64,000 bases of DNA from positions 9,105 to 73,104 of the forward strand of contig JBDRAN010000059.1 of NCBI GenBank assembly GCA_043823745.1, given 5' to 3'. This DNA comes from Candidatus Omnitrophota bacterium (GTDB taxonomy: Bacteria > Omnitrophota > Gorgyraeia > Duberdicusellales > 4484-171). The notes beneath the pieces were generated by a model. The model saw only the letters and a list, made by a program, of their open reading frames with translations. It did no database searches and was not told where the DNA came from. The stretch's first letter is position 1. The number at the start of each line of letters is the position of its first letter. This document shows, piece after piece, positions 26,319 through 34,793 of the stretch. Both the position numbers and the translations under genes were made by a program.

Positions 26319-26561
26319 ATGGGTTGTTGCGGTTACGGCCCTGTTATTAATAAAAAGGATAGTTTTCTCCTTGGCGGTTTATTTGCAAATCTCTATGAAA
26401 TATATTGTAGACATCCGAATGAGTGCCAGGTGGTGGATTGTATAGATACCTGGCCTCCTGTTTGCCGTAATAATAAATGTACGGAAACAAGTTATGAAGA
26501 CGGATATTTTAGAAACAAGTTGGGAGAGAAGCAAAAGGAGAGTTTGGAGAATAGGAGGTAA
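26319..26561 (+). CDS. Hypothetical small Cys-rich protein (80 aa, 9 Cys)
   Basis: ORF only; begins MGCCGYG; no recognisable family. Confidence 0.2.
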   Translation: MGCCGYGPVINKKDSFLLGGLFANLYEIYCRHPNECQVVDCIDTWPPVCRNNKCTETSYEDGYFRNKLGEKQKESLENRR

Positions 26562-26567
26562 ATAACG

Positions 26568-27080
26568 ATGAAGGTGGCGATTCTTGTAGAAGACCAATAT
26601 CAGGTGCTTGAAGTCTGGTATCCGTATCTGCGCTTACGCGAAGAGGGTTTTAAAACCGTGTTGTTGGGTACGAAACGGGAATTTTATAAGAGCAAAGAGG
26701 GTTATCCGGCAGAGGAAGAAGCGGTGATTCAAGAAGCGCGGCCGAATGATTATGATGGGGTGATCATCCCCGGAGGATATGCGCCGGATATCTTGCGTCG
26801 TTACAAAGAGGTCAATCGATTCGTTAAGGGGATGTTTGAAAAAGGAAAGCTTGTTGCCTCCATTTGCCATGGCGGCTGGGTGCTTGTTTCTGCGGGGGTC
26901 TTGCGAGGTAAAACCGCGACCGCCTTTTACGCGATACAGGATGATTTAGTAAATGCCGGCGCCACATTCGTCGATAAAGAGGTCGTGGTTGACGGAAATC
27001 TCATTACGTCCCGTAATCCGTATGATCTACCTGCGTTTTCCCGGGAAATTATCCGCTTTTTATCAAAAAAGAAAAATTAA
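26568..27080 (+). CDS. DJ-1/PfpI-family protein (class I glutamine amidotransferase-like)
   Basis: Nucleophile elbow AS-ICHGGWVL; size 170 aa. Confidence 0.8.
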   Translation: MKVAILVEDQYQVLEVWYPYLRLREEGFKTVLLGTKREFYKSKEGYPAEEEAVIQEARPNDYDGVIIPGGYAPDILRRYKEVNRFVKGMFEKGKLVASICHGGWVLVSAGVLRGKTATAFYAIQDDLVNAGATFVDKEVVVDGNLITSRNPYDLPAFSREIIRFLSKKKN

Positions 27081-27091
27081 GGGCCTAACGT

Positions 27092-27988
27092 ATGAGCCAC
27101 CCTCATTTAGAGCACCGCCACCAGCATCACCGCGCCGACAAACTAACTCGTCTTCGATTGTCTATTATCTTGACCGCCGCCGGTATGATTGTTGAGTTTG
27201 CCGGAGGGTTCCTGTCCAACAGCTTAGCGCTTATTTCGGACGCCGGGCATATGCTCACTCATCTTTTTGCTCTGGGGATGAGTTACTTTGCGGTCGTGCT
27301 CGCGCTTAAGCCTGCCAGCAAACATCACACCTATGGGTTTTACCGCGCTGAGGTTTTAACCGCTTTTGTGAATGGCATCGTGCTTGTCGGTATTGCGGGC
27401 TATATCGCGTATGAAGCTCTGGGCCGGCTTGTGCACCCGGAGGAAATTAAGATCCAGGAGATGTTTCTGGTGGCTCTCTTTGGTCTGGTGATTAACGGCG
27501 TCAGTATCGCTCTCTTGACCAAAGTGAGCGAACATGATTTAAACATAAAAAGCGCAATCTTGCATGAGTTAGGGGATATGATCTCAAGCATAGCGGTCGT
27601 TGCCGGCGCGATCATTATTTTCTATACCAAAAATTATCTAGTTGATTCGCTCCTGTCGCTGGTTATCGCAGGGCTCATTGTCGTTTGGGCAGTGCGTCTT
27701 CTTCTTGACTCCGCGCACATATTGCTTGAATCAACTCCCAAGCACCTTGATATCGATGAAATTGTTGCCGCAGTCAAAAAAGAAATCCCGGATATTCATG
27801 GAATGCACCATGTTCATGTCTGGACTATCGCCACTTCAATGTACGCGCTCACTGCGCATCTTATTATCGAAGATTGCAGTATCAGCACCTCAAGTGAGCT
27901 CCTGCGCCGCGTTAATGAATTCTTGAAAGAACGTTTTCACATCGAACATACGAATATCCAATGTGAGTGCGTGGCAACACAGATTTGA
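27092..27988 (+). CDS. Cation diffusion facilitator (CDF) family metal efflux transporter
   Basis: SDAGHMLTH motif in TM2, HELGD in TM5, and a C-terminal cytoplasmic domain. Confidence 0.85.
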   Translation: MSHPHLEHRHQHHRADKLTRLRLSIILTAAGMIVEFAGGFLSNSLALISDAGHMLTHLFALGMSYFAVVLALKPASKHHTYGFYRAEVLTAFVNGIVLVGIAGYIAYEALGRLVHPEEIKIQEMFLVALFGLVINGVSIALLTKVSEHDLNIKSAILHELGDMISSIAVVAGAIIIFYTKNYLVDSLLSLVIAGLIVVWAVRLLLDSAHILLESTPKHLDIDEIVAAVKKEIPDIHGMHHVHVWTIATSMYALTAHLIIEDCSISTSSELLRRVNEFLKERFHIEHTNIQCECVATQI

Positions 27989-28081
27989 ACGGATTTCGTT
28001 TATCCATGAGGCCGCGGCGCAATGGGAAAATTCCTTGACGAACGGACACCATAGCGGTATTAAAGGTTTAGGGGGAGCACC

Positions 28082-29041
28082 ATGTTTGTGCACGCACGAG
28101 AAAAAATTTTAAGCGCCAAACGGATCTTAATCGCCTGCCATATTCATCCTGACGGAGATTGTATCGGTTCGCTTCTGGCGCTTGGCCTGGCGCTTCGAAC
28201 GCTGGGGAAAGAGGTGTGTATGCTCTCCAGCGACGGCCTGCCGCGACGGTACGCTTCCCTGCCGGGCGCATACCGCATCGTAAAAACTACCCGCGCGCGT
28301 TTCGACGTCGCGATCGCGGTTGATTGCGGGAGCAAGGAGTTGCTTGGTAGCGTATTCAAGCATTTTGAGCAAACTCCGTGCACGATCGAGATCGATCATC
28401 ATGAGTTCAGGGTGCCCTTCGCCGGCATACGCATTGTGGATACCGATGCCGCCGCGGTAGGAGAGATTATTTTTCGATTCCTTAAAGATTCAGGCATCAG
28501 TATCACCAAAGAAATTGCTCAAAATATTTTAACTTCGATCATCGTTGAGACCAATTCGTTTCGCCTACCCAATGTACGAGCCCTTACGTTTAACGTGTGC
28601 GGCGACTTAATGCGGCTTGGTGTCGATTTTTACTCGTTGGTCGATGCGGTGTTCTGGTCGCGCAGCAAGGAGGAGGCGATTCTTTCAGGGTTGTGTCTCG
28701 CGCGTTGTCAATTTATATACCGGGGGCAAATTGCCTGGTCGATCGTGCGCGCGGCAGACATGAAAAAAATAAAAGGAAAAGAAGAAGATGTTGACGCGGT
28801 GGCTGATCAGATGCGCTCAATAACAAAAGTTAAAATCGTAATTGTTTTCCGGGAACAAGAGGGCAGCCTTCTGCGTGTGAGTTTGCGCTCAAAAGAAAAA
28901 ATCAATATAGCGCAATTAGCCAAGCGTTACGGCGGCGGCGGGCATTTTGATACCGCGGGTTGCCTTATTCCCAACAGCAGGTTTGCCAGAAATAAATTCC
29001 TGCGCGATGCGCAGGCGATGCTTAAGAAGCAGACGGTATAA
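28082..29041 (+). CDS. DHH-family phosphoesterase (NrnA-like nanoRNase / pAp phosphatase)
   Basis: DHH motifs CHIHPDGDCIGS, AVDCG and IDHH; DHHA1 GGGH near the C-terminus. Confidence 0.75.
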   Translation: MFVHAREKILSAKRILIACHIHPDGDCIGSLLALGLALRTLGKEVCMLSSDGLPRRYASLPGAYRIVKTTRARFDVAIAVDCGSKELLGSVFKHFEQTPCTIEIDHHEFRVPFAGIRIVDTDAAAVGEIIFRFLKDSGISITKEIAQNILTSIIVETNSFRLPNVRALTFNVCGDLMRLGVDFYSLVDAVFWSRSKEEAILSGLCLARCQFIYRGQIAWSIVRAADMKKIKGKEEDVDAVADQMRSITKVKIVIVFREQEGSLLRVSLRSKEKINIAQLAKRYGGGGHFDTAGCLIPNSRFARNKFLRDAQAMLKKQTV

Positions 29042-29042
29042 C

Positions 29043-29552
29043 ATGTCAATTACTACTAAACGCGGCGATAACGGATATACTGCGTTATGCGCAGGGCCTC
29101 GCGTGCGCAAGGACGATCTTCGTATAGAAGCGCTGGGGTTTGTCGATGAGCTTTCTTCGTTCCTTGGCCTTGCTAAAAGCGCTCTTCCCGCGCGCTCCGC
29201 GAAATTTCTGATTAGTTCTGTGCAGAAAGATTTGTTTATGGTGGGAGCAGAGGTTGCGGCAGGCCCGAACGCAAAACGTGTCGGGCGCATCAGCCCGCGT
29301 GACGTCGCGCGTCTCGAGAAACAGATTGCCGCTTTAGAGAAGCGAAACACCCGGCACGGGTTTATCGCGCCCGGTGAAAATCTTATTTCCGCTACTTTTG
29401 ACGTGGCGCGGGCGATATCGCGCAGACTTGAGCGTCGCATTGTTACCTTGAAGCGAAAAAGGCTTTTTAACAATACTGACGCGTCGGTCTATTGCAATCG
29501 TCTTTCCGATCTTTTATTTTTGCTTGCCCGCAGTCACGAGAAGAAACCGTAG
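29043..29552 (+). CDS. PduO-type ATP:cob(I)alamin adenosyltransferase
   Basis: N-terminal TKRGDNGYT signature; ~170 aa. The annotated ORF from 28947 is an over-extension overlapping the previous gene. Confidence 0.8.
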   Translation: MSITTKRGDNGYTALCAGPRVRKDDLRIEALGFVDELSSFLGLAKSALPARSAKFLISSVQKDLFMVGAEVAAGPNAKRVGRISPRDVARLEKQIAALEKRNTRHGFIAPGENLISATFDVARAISRRLERRIVTLKRKRLFNNTDASVYCNRLSDLLFLLARSHEKKP

Positions 29553-29641
29553 AGGATAAAACAAGGAAACGAGAGTAGCTGGTGGAATCCCAGGGTATTC
29601 TCCTGGTTGCTTTTTTAAGAAAAAAAAGTGGGGGTGTTCAT

Positions 29642-29974
29642 ATGCGTGTCCTATTGTTTTCTATTTTGTTCTTTTTGGCGAGTTTGCCGGTATTTGCGCA
29701 TTCGCCTGAAGCGGTTACCATATCAGCCGAAGGAGCTATGGTAGCGGTCATCGTTGAGCATCAGGTAGCCGATCCCCGCGGTCATTATATTAAGCGCATT
29801 GAGATTTCTTTAAATGGAAGGCATATCATTGTCCAGGAATTCTCGTTACAGGGCTCGAATACCCAGCAGAAGGCAGTCTATGAGATCCCTGGACTAAAGA
29901 AAGGGGATATCCTCGCGGTAGACGCTGATTGTAATAAGGGAGGTGATCGTTCCGCGAAGATAGAGGTACCGTAA
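29642..29974 (+). CDS. Secreted desulfoferrodoxin-Fe-binding-domain-like (superoxide-reductase-like) protein with an atypical Cys motif
   Basis: Signal peptide [27 protein letters not shown] and HY motifs align with SOR centre II ligands, and the Cys in ADCNKGG aligns too. The His of the canonical C-N-x-H is replaced by Gly. Confidence 0.45.
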   Translation: MRVLLFSILFFLASLPVFAHSPEAVTISAEGAMVAVIVEHQVADPRGHYIKRIEISLNGRHIIVQEFSLQGSNTQQKAVYEIPGLKKGDILAVDADCNKGGDRSAKIEVP

Positions 29975-30107
29975 AAGCGCTTGCAAGCATAGTGTTGGTG
30001 GGCGTGTAATTTTATGGTACAATTGGATTTTAAGAGGGAAGGGGACGCCAAAAACAGGGTATTGGCGCTCAAATACATTAACGATGTTACTCTTTGGAGG
30101 TGCAGCT

Positions 30108-30275
30108 ATGACTAAATATCGTTGTCTTGTCTGTAGTTATGTGTATGATCCCGAGCTAGGCGACCCGGACGGGGGGATTGAACCGGGAACAGCCTTTGAG
30201 AGCATATCTAATACCTGGCTTTGCCCGGTATGCGGGGCCGATAAGACTCAATTTGAGTCTGTTATTGAAGGGTAA
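30108..30275 (+). CDS. Rubredoxin
   Basis: CLVCSYVYD and CPVCGA C-x2-C pairs; 55 aa; RBS GGAGG. Confidence 0.85.
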   Translation: MTKYRCLVCSYVYDPELGDPDGGIEPGTAFESISNTWLCPVCGADKTQFESVIEG

Positions 30276-30350
30276 ACATTCCTTGGTGGCTCGCGGGATT
30301 TCGATCCTGTACGCGCGTAGAGTTCTCTGCGTAAAGAAAAGGAGGATATA

Positions 30351-30713
30351 ATGTCTGAGGTTGTTGGAGCATTGGACCCCAAGCAAGAACGAACATATGC
30401 GATGTTATGCCATCTTTCGGCATTGGCAGGCTATCTTATACCGCTTGGTAATATCATTGGTCCTTTGGTTATGTGGTTGATAAAGAAAGATCAGTCTGCG
30501 CTGGTTGACGCTGAAGGAAAAAAAGCGCTTAATTTCCAGATCTCTATTCTTATCTATTTACTGGTCTCCGGAATTCTCTGTCTGGTTTTAATCGGATTCG
30601 CGCTTGTAGCGGTGATTGGAATATTTGAGCTGGTCATGGTTATCGTCGCGGCAGTTAAAACCAGTAACGGTGAAGAATTCAAATATCCTTTAAGTATTAC
30701 ATTTTTGAAATAA
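30351..30713 (+). CDS. DUF4870-like small membrane protein
   Basis: Conserved N-terminal E-R-x-x-A-x-L-C-H-L-S pattern and two TM helices. Confidence 0.5.
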   Translation: MSEVVGALDPKQERTYAMLCHLSALAGYLIPLGNIIGPLVMWLIKKDQSALVDAEGKKALNFQISILIYLLVSGILCLVLIGFALVAVIGIFELVMVIVAAVKTSNGEEFKYPLSITFLK

Positions 30714-30762
30714 CGGGGCCGCTGCGATTGGGGTCCTGCCGCGCGTGCGCACGAGAAACAAT

Positions 30763-31953
30763 ATGACCGAAATACGGAAAAATATCCATTGGGTTGGAGC
30801 GATTGATTGGGATTTACGTAATTTTCACGGCTATTCTACGCCATTTGGCTCAACCTATAACGCCTATCTTATTCTTGATGAACAACCAACTTTGGTTGAT
30901 ACGGTAAAACATTATTGTTACGATGAAATGGTTTCCCGTATTAAACAGATCATCGATCCCGCCAAAATCAGGTATATTATTTCTAACCACACTGAGATGG
31001 ATCATTCGGGCTCTATCGGAAAGCTTCTCGCGATATGCCCTGCCGCCGAAGTTGTGTGTTCCCTGAAAGGCCACGAAGGGCTCACGAAGCACTTTCAGAA
31101 TGCCGGTGCGGGGAATTGGAAATTTAAGGTGGTTGGTAGCGGTGATACGCTTATGATCGGAAGTCGCGCCCTCGAGTTTTTCTTGATGCCGATGGTGCAC
31201 TGGCCTGATTCTATGGCTACCTATAGTCGTAGCGATAAGGTGTTGCTTCCCAATGACGCGTTTGGCCAGCATTATGCTTCGAGCCAGCGCTTTGTTGACG
31301 AAGTGGGGTTGGAATTTGCGCTTACGGAAGCTCAAAAATATTATGCCAATATTGTGTTGCCGTATGGCGGCCAGGTTGTTCGCGCCCTTGAGGCGCTCGG
31401 GAAACTCCCCGTTGAAGTGATTGCTCCGTCGCACGGTCTCATCTGGCGGCGCGAGCAGGATATTTCACAAATACTTACGCGTTACCGGTCTTGGGCTCAT
31501 TATGAAGCAGGCTCACAGGCGGTGATCGTGTACGATACGATGTGGCATTCAACAGAGGTGCTGGCGCGCGATCTCTATGATGCGCTTGGGAATGAAGGGA
31601 TTCCGGCACGCTTATGTAATCTGCAAGTTACCCATATTTCCGATATCATGGCTCAGGTATTAGCGTCAGGCGCCCTGCTGGTAGGAAGCCCGATTTTAAA
31701 TGGCAGGATTCTCCCGAGCATGGCAGCGTTTCTTACCTATCTGCGCGGTCTTAAGCCTAAGAATAGAGTGGGTTTTACCTTTGGTTCTTATGGCTGGGCC
31801 CCGGCTGGGTTTCGTGAAATGGAAGATGCGTTAAAGGACTCCGGTATAACGCTGGTTAAGGAAGGCGTATACGTTAATTATGTGCCTGATCAGGCAGCTC
31901 GTGCTCAAATGGCCGATGTTGCCCGAGAGCTTAAAGCGGCGCTTACACGGTAA
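30763..31953 (+). CDS. Flavodiiron protein (FprA / rubredoxin:oxygen oxidoreductase family; metallo-beta-lactamase-like plus flavodoxin domains)
   Basis: Di-iron motif H-x-E-x-D-H (NHTEMDHSGS); C-terminal flavodoxin-like domain. Confidence 0.85.
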   Translation: MTEIRKNIHWVGAIDWDLRNFHGYSTPFGSTYNAYLILDEQPTLVDTVKHYCYDEMVSRIKQIIDPAKIRYIISNHTEMDHSGSIGKLLAICPAAEVVCSLKGHEGLTKHFQNAGAGNWKFKVVGSGDTLMIGSRALEFFLMPMVHWPDSMATYSRSDKVLLPNDAFGQHYASSQRFVDEVGLEFALTEAQKYYANIVLPYGGQVVRALEALGKLPVEVIAPSHGLIWRREQDISQILTRYRSWAHYEAGSQAVIVYDTMWHSTEVLARDLYDALGNEGIPARLCNLQVTHISDIMAQVLASGALLVGSPILNGRILPSMAAFLTYLRGLKPKNRVGFTFGSYGWAPAGFREMEDALKDSGITLVKEGVYVNYVPDQAARAQMADVARELKAALTR

Positions 31954-32000
31954 ATAAAAATTTTCGGTGTGCCTGATCAGATTACAAAAAAAGGAGTGTT

Positions 32001-32501
32001 ATGGCAAATATTTTTAACCCTGAGGAAATTCTACGTATCGCGATTACGGTGGAAACAAACGGAAAAGCGCTTTATGGTACGTTGGAAGCAAACGCGCGCG
32101 AAGAAAAAATAAAAGAAACATGGCGTTATCTGAAAGAGCAGGAAGGGGTGCATCAAAAAATTTTTCAGGAGATGCTTGATAAGGGGGGTGATTTCATCGT
32201 CGCGGAATTCAATCCCGGAGAATACGACGCCTACATGCGGGCGATTGCTTCCGAGTATGTTTTTACGCAGAACATGGTAAGTAAAAAAGTGAAAGAGGGC
32301 TTTGTGTCTGACATGGAAGCGGTTGATTTCGGAATATACGTCGAGAAAGAGTCGATTCTTACTTACTCGGCGTTACGTGCATATATCCTGCCGGTAAAAC
32401 AGGCAGTGATTGATAAAGTGATTGACGAGGAGCGCAAGCATTTGGTGGATCTTACGAATATAAAACGCTCGCTACAAAAAAAGGATAACGATGGATATTA
32501 A
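32001..32501 (+). CDS. Ferritin-like / rubrerythrin-like domain protein
   Basis: Paired E-x-x-H-like helices (EQEGVHQK, DEERKHL); 166 aa; sits between the FDP and glutaredoxin genes. Confidence 0.45.
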   Translation: MANIFNPEEILRIAITVETNGKALYGTLEANAREEKIKETWRYLKEQEGVHQKIFQEMLDKGGDFIVAEFNPGEYDAYMRAIASEYVFTQNMVSKKVKEGFVSDMEAVDFGIYVEKESILTYSALRAYILPVKQAVIDKVIDEERKHLVDLTNIKRSLQKKDNDGY

Positions 32502-32721
32502 AATCTATTCAACACCAACGTGTCCCTATTGCAAGATGGTGAAGAATTATCTTTCATCAAAAGGAATACCTTATACGGATTACGATGTTTCAGTAAACCA
32601 GGTGGCGCTTGAGGAGATGACCAAGCAGACCGGGCAAATGGGGGTTCCGGTTGTCGTAATCGGCGATCAGGTTATTATCGGTTTTGACCAGGCGCGCATT
32701 GACGCTCTCCTGAAGCTCTAG
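32491..32721 (+). CDS. Glutaredoxin-like protein (NrdH/Grx thioredoxin fold)
   Basis: CPYC active site in IYSTPTCPYCKMVK; 76 aa; GVPVV motif. Confidence 0.75.
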   Translation: MDIKIYSTPTCPYCKMVKNYLSSKGIPYTDYDVSVNQVALEEMTKQTGQMGVPVVVIGDQVIIGFDQARIDALLKL

Positions 32722-32753
32722 TCCAACAGGACACCCTGTTGGGTAGTCCACAG
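32719..32753. terminator. Palindromic element TAGTCCAACAGGacaCCCTGTTGGGTAG directly after the glutaredoxin stop codon
   Basis: Perfect 9-bp stem CCAACAGGG/CCCTGTTGG with a 3-nt loop. Related copies at 16341-16378 and 32824-32849. Confidence 0.5.
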
Positions 32754-32823
32754 CCCCGTTACCCTCAATAACGATATTAAGGTTCGGGGCGTCCCATGCC
32801 TTAATGTTTTCTATTTAGGAAAT

Positions 32824-32849
32824 GGGACAGGGCACCCTGTTGGGTAGCC
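32824..32849. repeat. Third copy of the CCCTGTTGGGTAGCC-type palindromic element (ACAGGGcaCCCTGT)
   Basis: GGGACAGGGCACCCTGTTGGGTAGCC; shares the CCCTGTTGGGTAGYC core. Confidence 0.4.
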
Positions 32850-32875
32850 TAGCGAGGCATTCCGGGAGGCAGTTT

Positions 32876-33091
32876 ATGCCTACATACACCTACCTGTGCT
32901 CGATCTGCAACAGAAGTTTTGAGCTGCTGGTCAGTATGAGTCACGATATCCGCGAGCTCCCATGCCCTCAGTGCGGGGCAAAGAAATTAGAAAAAGTATT
33001 TTCCGGTTTTCGCATCGGCCGCTCCAATATATCCGAGGCTTCCTCAAAATGCGGTTCCTGCTCGGGCGGTGATTGTTCGAGTTGCTCGTAG
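32876..33091 (+). CDS. FmdB-family zinc-ribbon protein
   Basis: Begins MPTYTYLCSICNRSFE, with a second pair CPQCGA and a C-terminal Cys-rich tail (CGSCSGGDCSSCS). Confidence 0.6.
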   Translation: MPTYTYLCSICNRSFELLVSMSHDIRELPCPQCGAKKLEKVFSGFRIGRSNISEASSKCGSCSGGDCSSCS

Positions 33092-33205
33092 TAACGCGAA
33101 TGACCGCTAATTGAAAGCGCGAATTTCCGCTAATATATTAGGAACTATTAGCGTTTTTAAATTCGCGGAGATTAGCGTTTCCTATTAGCGTAAATTAGCG
33201 TTTAT
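33092..33205. repeat. Second large ATTAGCG/CGCGAAT word cluster, upstream of trxB
   Basis: AACGCGAATGACCGCTAATTGAAAGCGCGAATTTCCGCTAATATATTAGGAACTATTAGCGTTTTTAAATTCGCGGAGATTAGCGTTTCCTATTAGCGTAAATTAGCG. Confidence 0.5.
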
Positions 33206-34123
33206 ATGAAGATATATGATTTACTTATCCTCGGTGCCGGGCCCGCGGGTATTACCGCGGCAGTGTACGCCTCAAGAAAGAAGCTCGATTTTCTGGTTGT
33301 GACATTAGATATCGGCGGCCAGGCTGCCTGGAGCGGGGATATCGAGAATTATACCGGGTATCAGTTTATTACCGGACCGGAGCTGGCGCTTAAATTCCAG
33401 GAACATATGAACTCGTTCGGCATTGCCGTGCGTATGCCCCAACGGGTGCGCGAGGTCGCCAAAGAGGGCGCGTTAGTCGCGACCACGACCGATAAAGAGC
33501 AATATAGCTCCAAAGCCGTTATTATCGCTACCGGCAAGCGGCCGCGGCCCTTAAACGTACCGGGAGAAAAAGAGTTCAAAAACAAAGGTGTTACGTATTG
33601 CGCGACCTGTGATGGGCCGCTTTTTAAAAATAAGCCGGTCGCGATCATCGGGGGGGGTAACTCCGCGCTTGATGCTGCCGTGCAGATGCTCAAAATTTGC
33701 CCGACAGTATACCTTATTAACATCGGGCCGAAGTTGACCGGCGATCCGGTCATGGTCGATACGGTCACGAAAGCACCCAATGCGATTATTTTGAACGATA
33801 CCAAAATCACTAAGATCTTTGGTGATGCGTTTGTGAAGGGCATTGAAGTTGTGCATCAGGGCGCAACTCAGACCTTCGATGTCGCCGGCGTTTTTGTCGA
33901 GATCGGCCTTATTCCTAACTATGATTTTTCAACTCTGGTAAACTGCAACGAGGCAGGCGAAGTAATCGTTGATTGTCATAACCAGACAAATATTGAAGGT
34001 ATTTTTGCCGCCGGAGACGTCACCAATGTTCCGGAGAAGCAAATTGTTATCGCCTGCGGCGAGGGTTCCAAGGCCTGTCTTTCGGCAGGTAAGTATTTAG
34101 CGACGCATATATTTAGCGTTTAG
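33206..34123 (+). CDS. trxB: Thioredoxin-disulfide reductase-like FAD/NAD(P) oxidoreductase
   Basis: GAGPAG FAD motif, redox-active CATCDG, and GGGNSA NAD(P) motif; 305 aa. Confidence 0.75.
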   Translation: MKIYDLLILGAGPAGITAAVYASRKKLDFLVVTLDIGGQAAWSGDIENYTGYQFITGPELALKFQEHMNSFGIAVRMPQRVREVAKEGALVATTTDKEQYSSKAVIIATGKRPRPLNVPGEKEFKNKGVTYCATCDGPLFKNKPVAIIGGGNSALDAAVQMLKICPTVYLINIGPKLTGDPVMVDTVTKAPNAIILNDTKITKIFGDAFVKGIEVVHQGATQTFDVAGVFVEIGLIPNYDFSTLVNCNEAGEVIVDCHNQTNIEGIFAAGDVTNVPEKQIVIACGEGSKACLSAGKYLATHIFSV

Positions 34124-34233
34124 TTCCCTTCGGGAAGGCTACGCACCGTATAGCGAATAGCGTTTAGAGAGGAAGAGAATACCAATTATAAAACTCTGTG
34201 CTCTGCGATGACCGCTCTACGCTATTTATTATA

Positions 34234-34710
34234 ATGAAGTTATCCAAAGACATTATTCATTTTTTTGAGAAACAGGGGTTTGTGATTGTCTCGACGCTCG
34301 ATGAATCCTGCGGCAGCATCCATTGTTCGGCGAAGGGCATCGGGAGCATCACACCGGCCGGCAAGATCTATCTTATTGATCTTTACCGGTCAAAGACTTT
34401 TAGGAACCTGCAGGCTAACTCTACGGTAAGCCTGACTGCCGTTGATGAGCATCATTTTATCGGCTATACATTAAAAGGAAAAGCGCGCATCATTGAGCGC
34501 GAGAAGATAAAAAATTATATTATCAAGCAATGGGAGGAACGCGTTACCGCGCGTATATCCCGCCGGCTCATTAAGAACGTGCGCGGCGACAAGCGTTTTG
34601 CGCGCCACCCGGAAGCCCGCTTCCCTGCGCCTCAATATCTGATTGTTGTCGAGGTGACCGCGGTCGTTGATCTTGCGCCCGGCCAGCGTAACCAGCTTCC
34701 TAAACAGTAA
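34234..34710 (+). CDS. Pyridoxamine 5'-phosphate oxidase-like FMN-binding split-barrel protein
   Basis: ~158 aa with the PNPOx-like N-terminal pattern. Start chosen at the internal Met (MKLSKDIIHFF). Confidence 0.45.
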   Translation: MKLSKDIIHFFEKQGFVIVSTLDESCGSIHCSAKGIGSITPAGKIYLIDLYRSKTFRNLQANSTVSLTAVDEHHFIGYTLKGKARIIEREKIKNYIIKQWEERVTARISRRLIKNVRGDKRFARHPEARFPAPQYLIVVEVTAVVDLAPGQRNQLPKQ

Positions 34711-34793
34711 AAAAAGTCATTTTTTTCTTGATTTTTCTATAATCCACGTTAATCTAATAGCGAAACAATTATAAAAATTTAGGAGGATATACG

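Noticed and set aside
28947-29042. 5' extension of the PduO adenosyltransferase ORF overlapping the DHH phosphoesterase gene by 95 nt
   Set aside because: The conserved PduO N-terminus (MSITTKRGDNGYT) starts at ATG 29043. The extension has no homology and would overlap the NrnA C-terminus in another frame.
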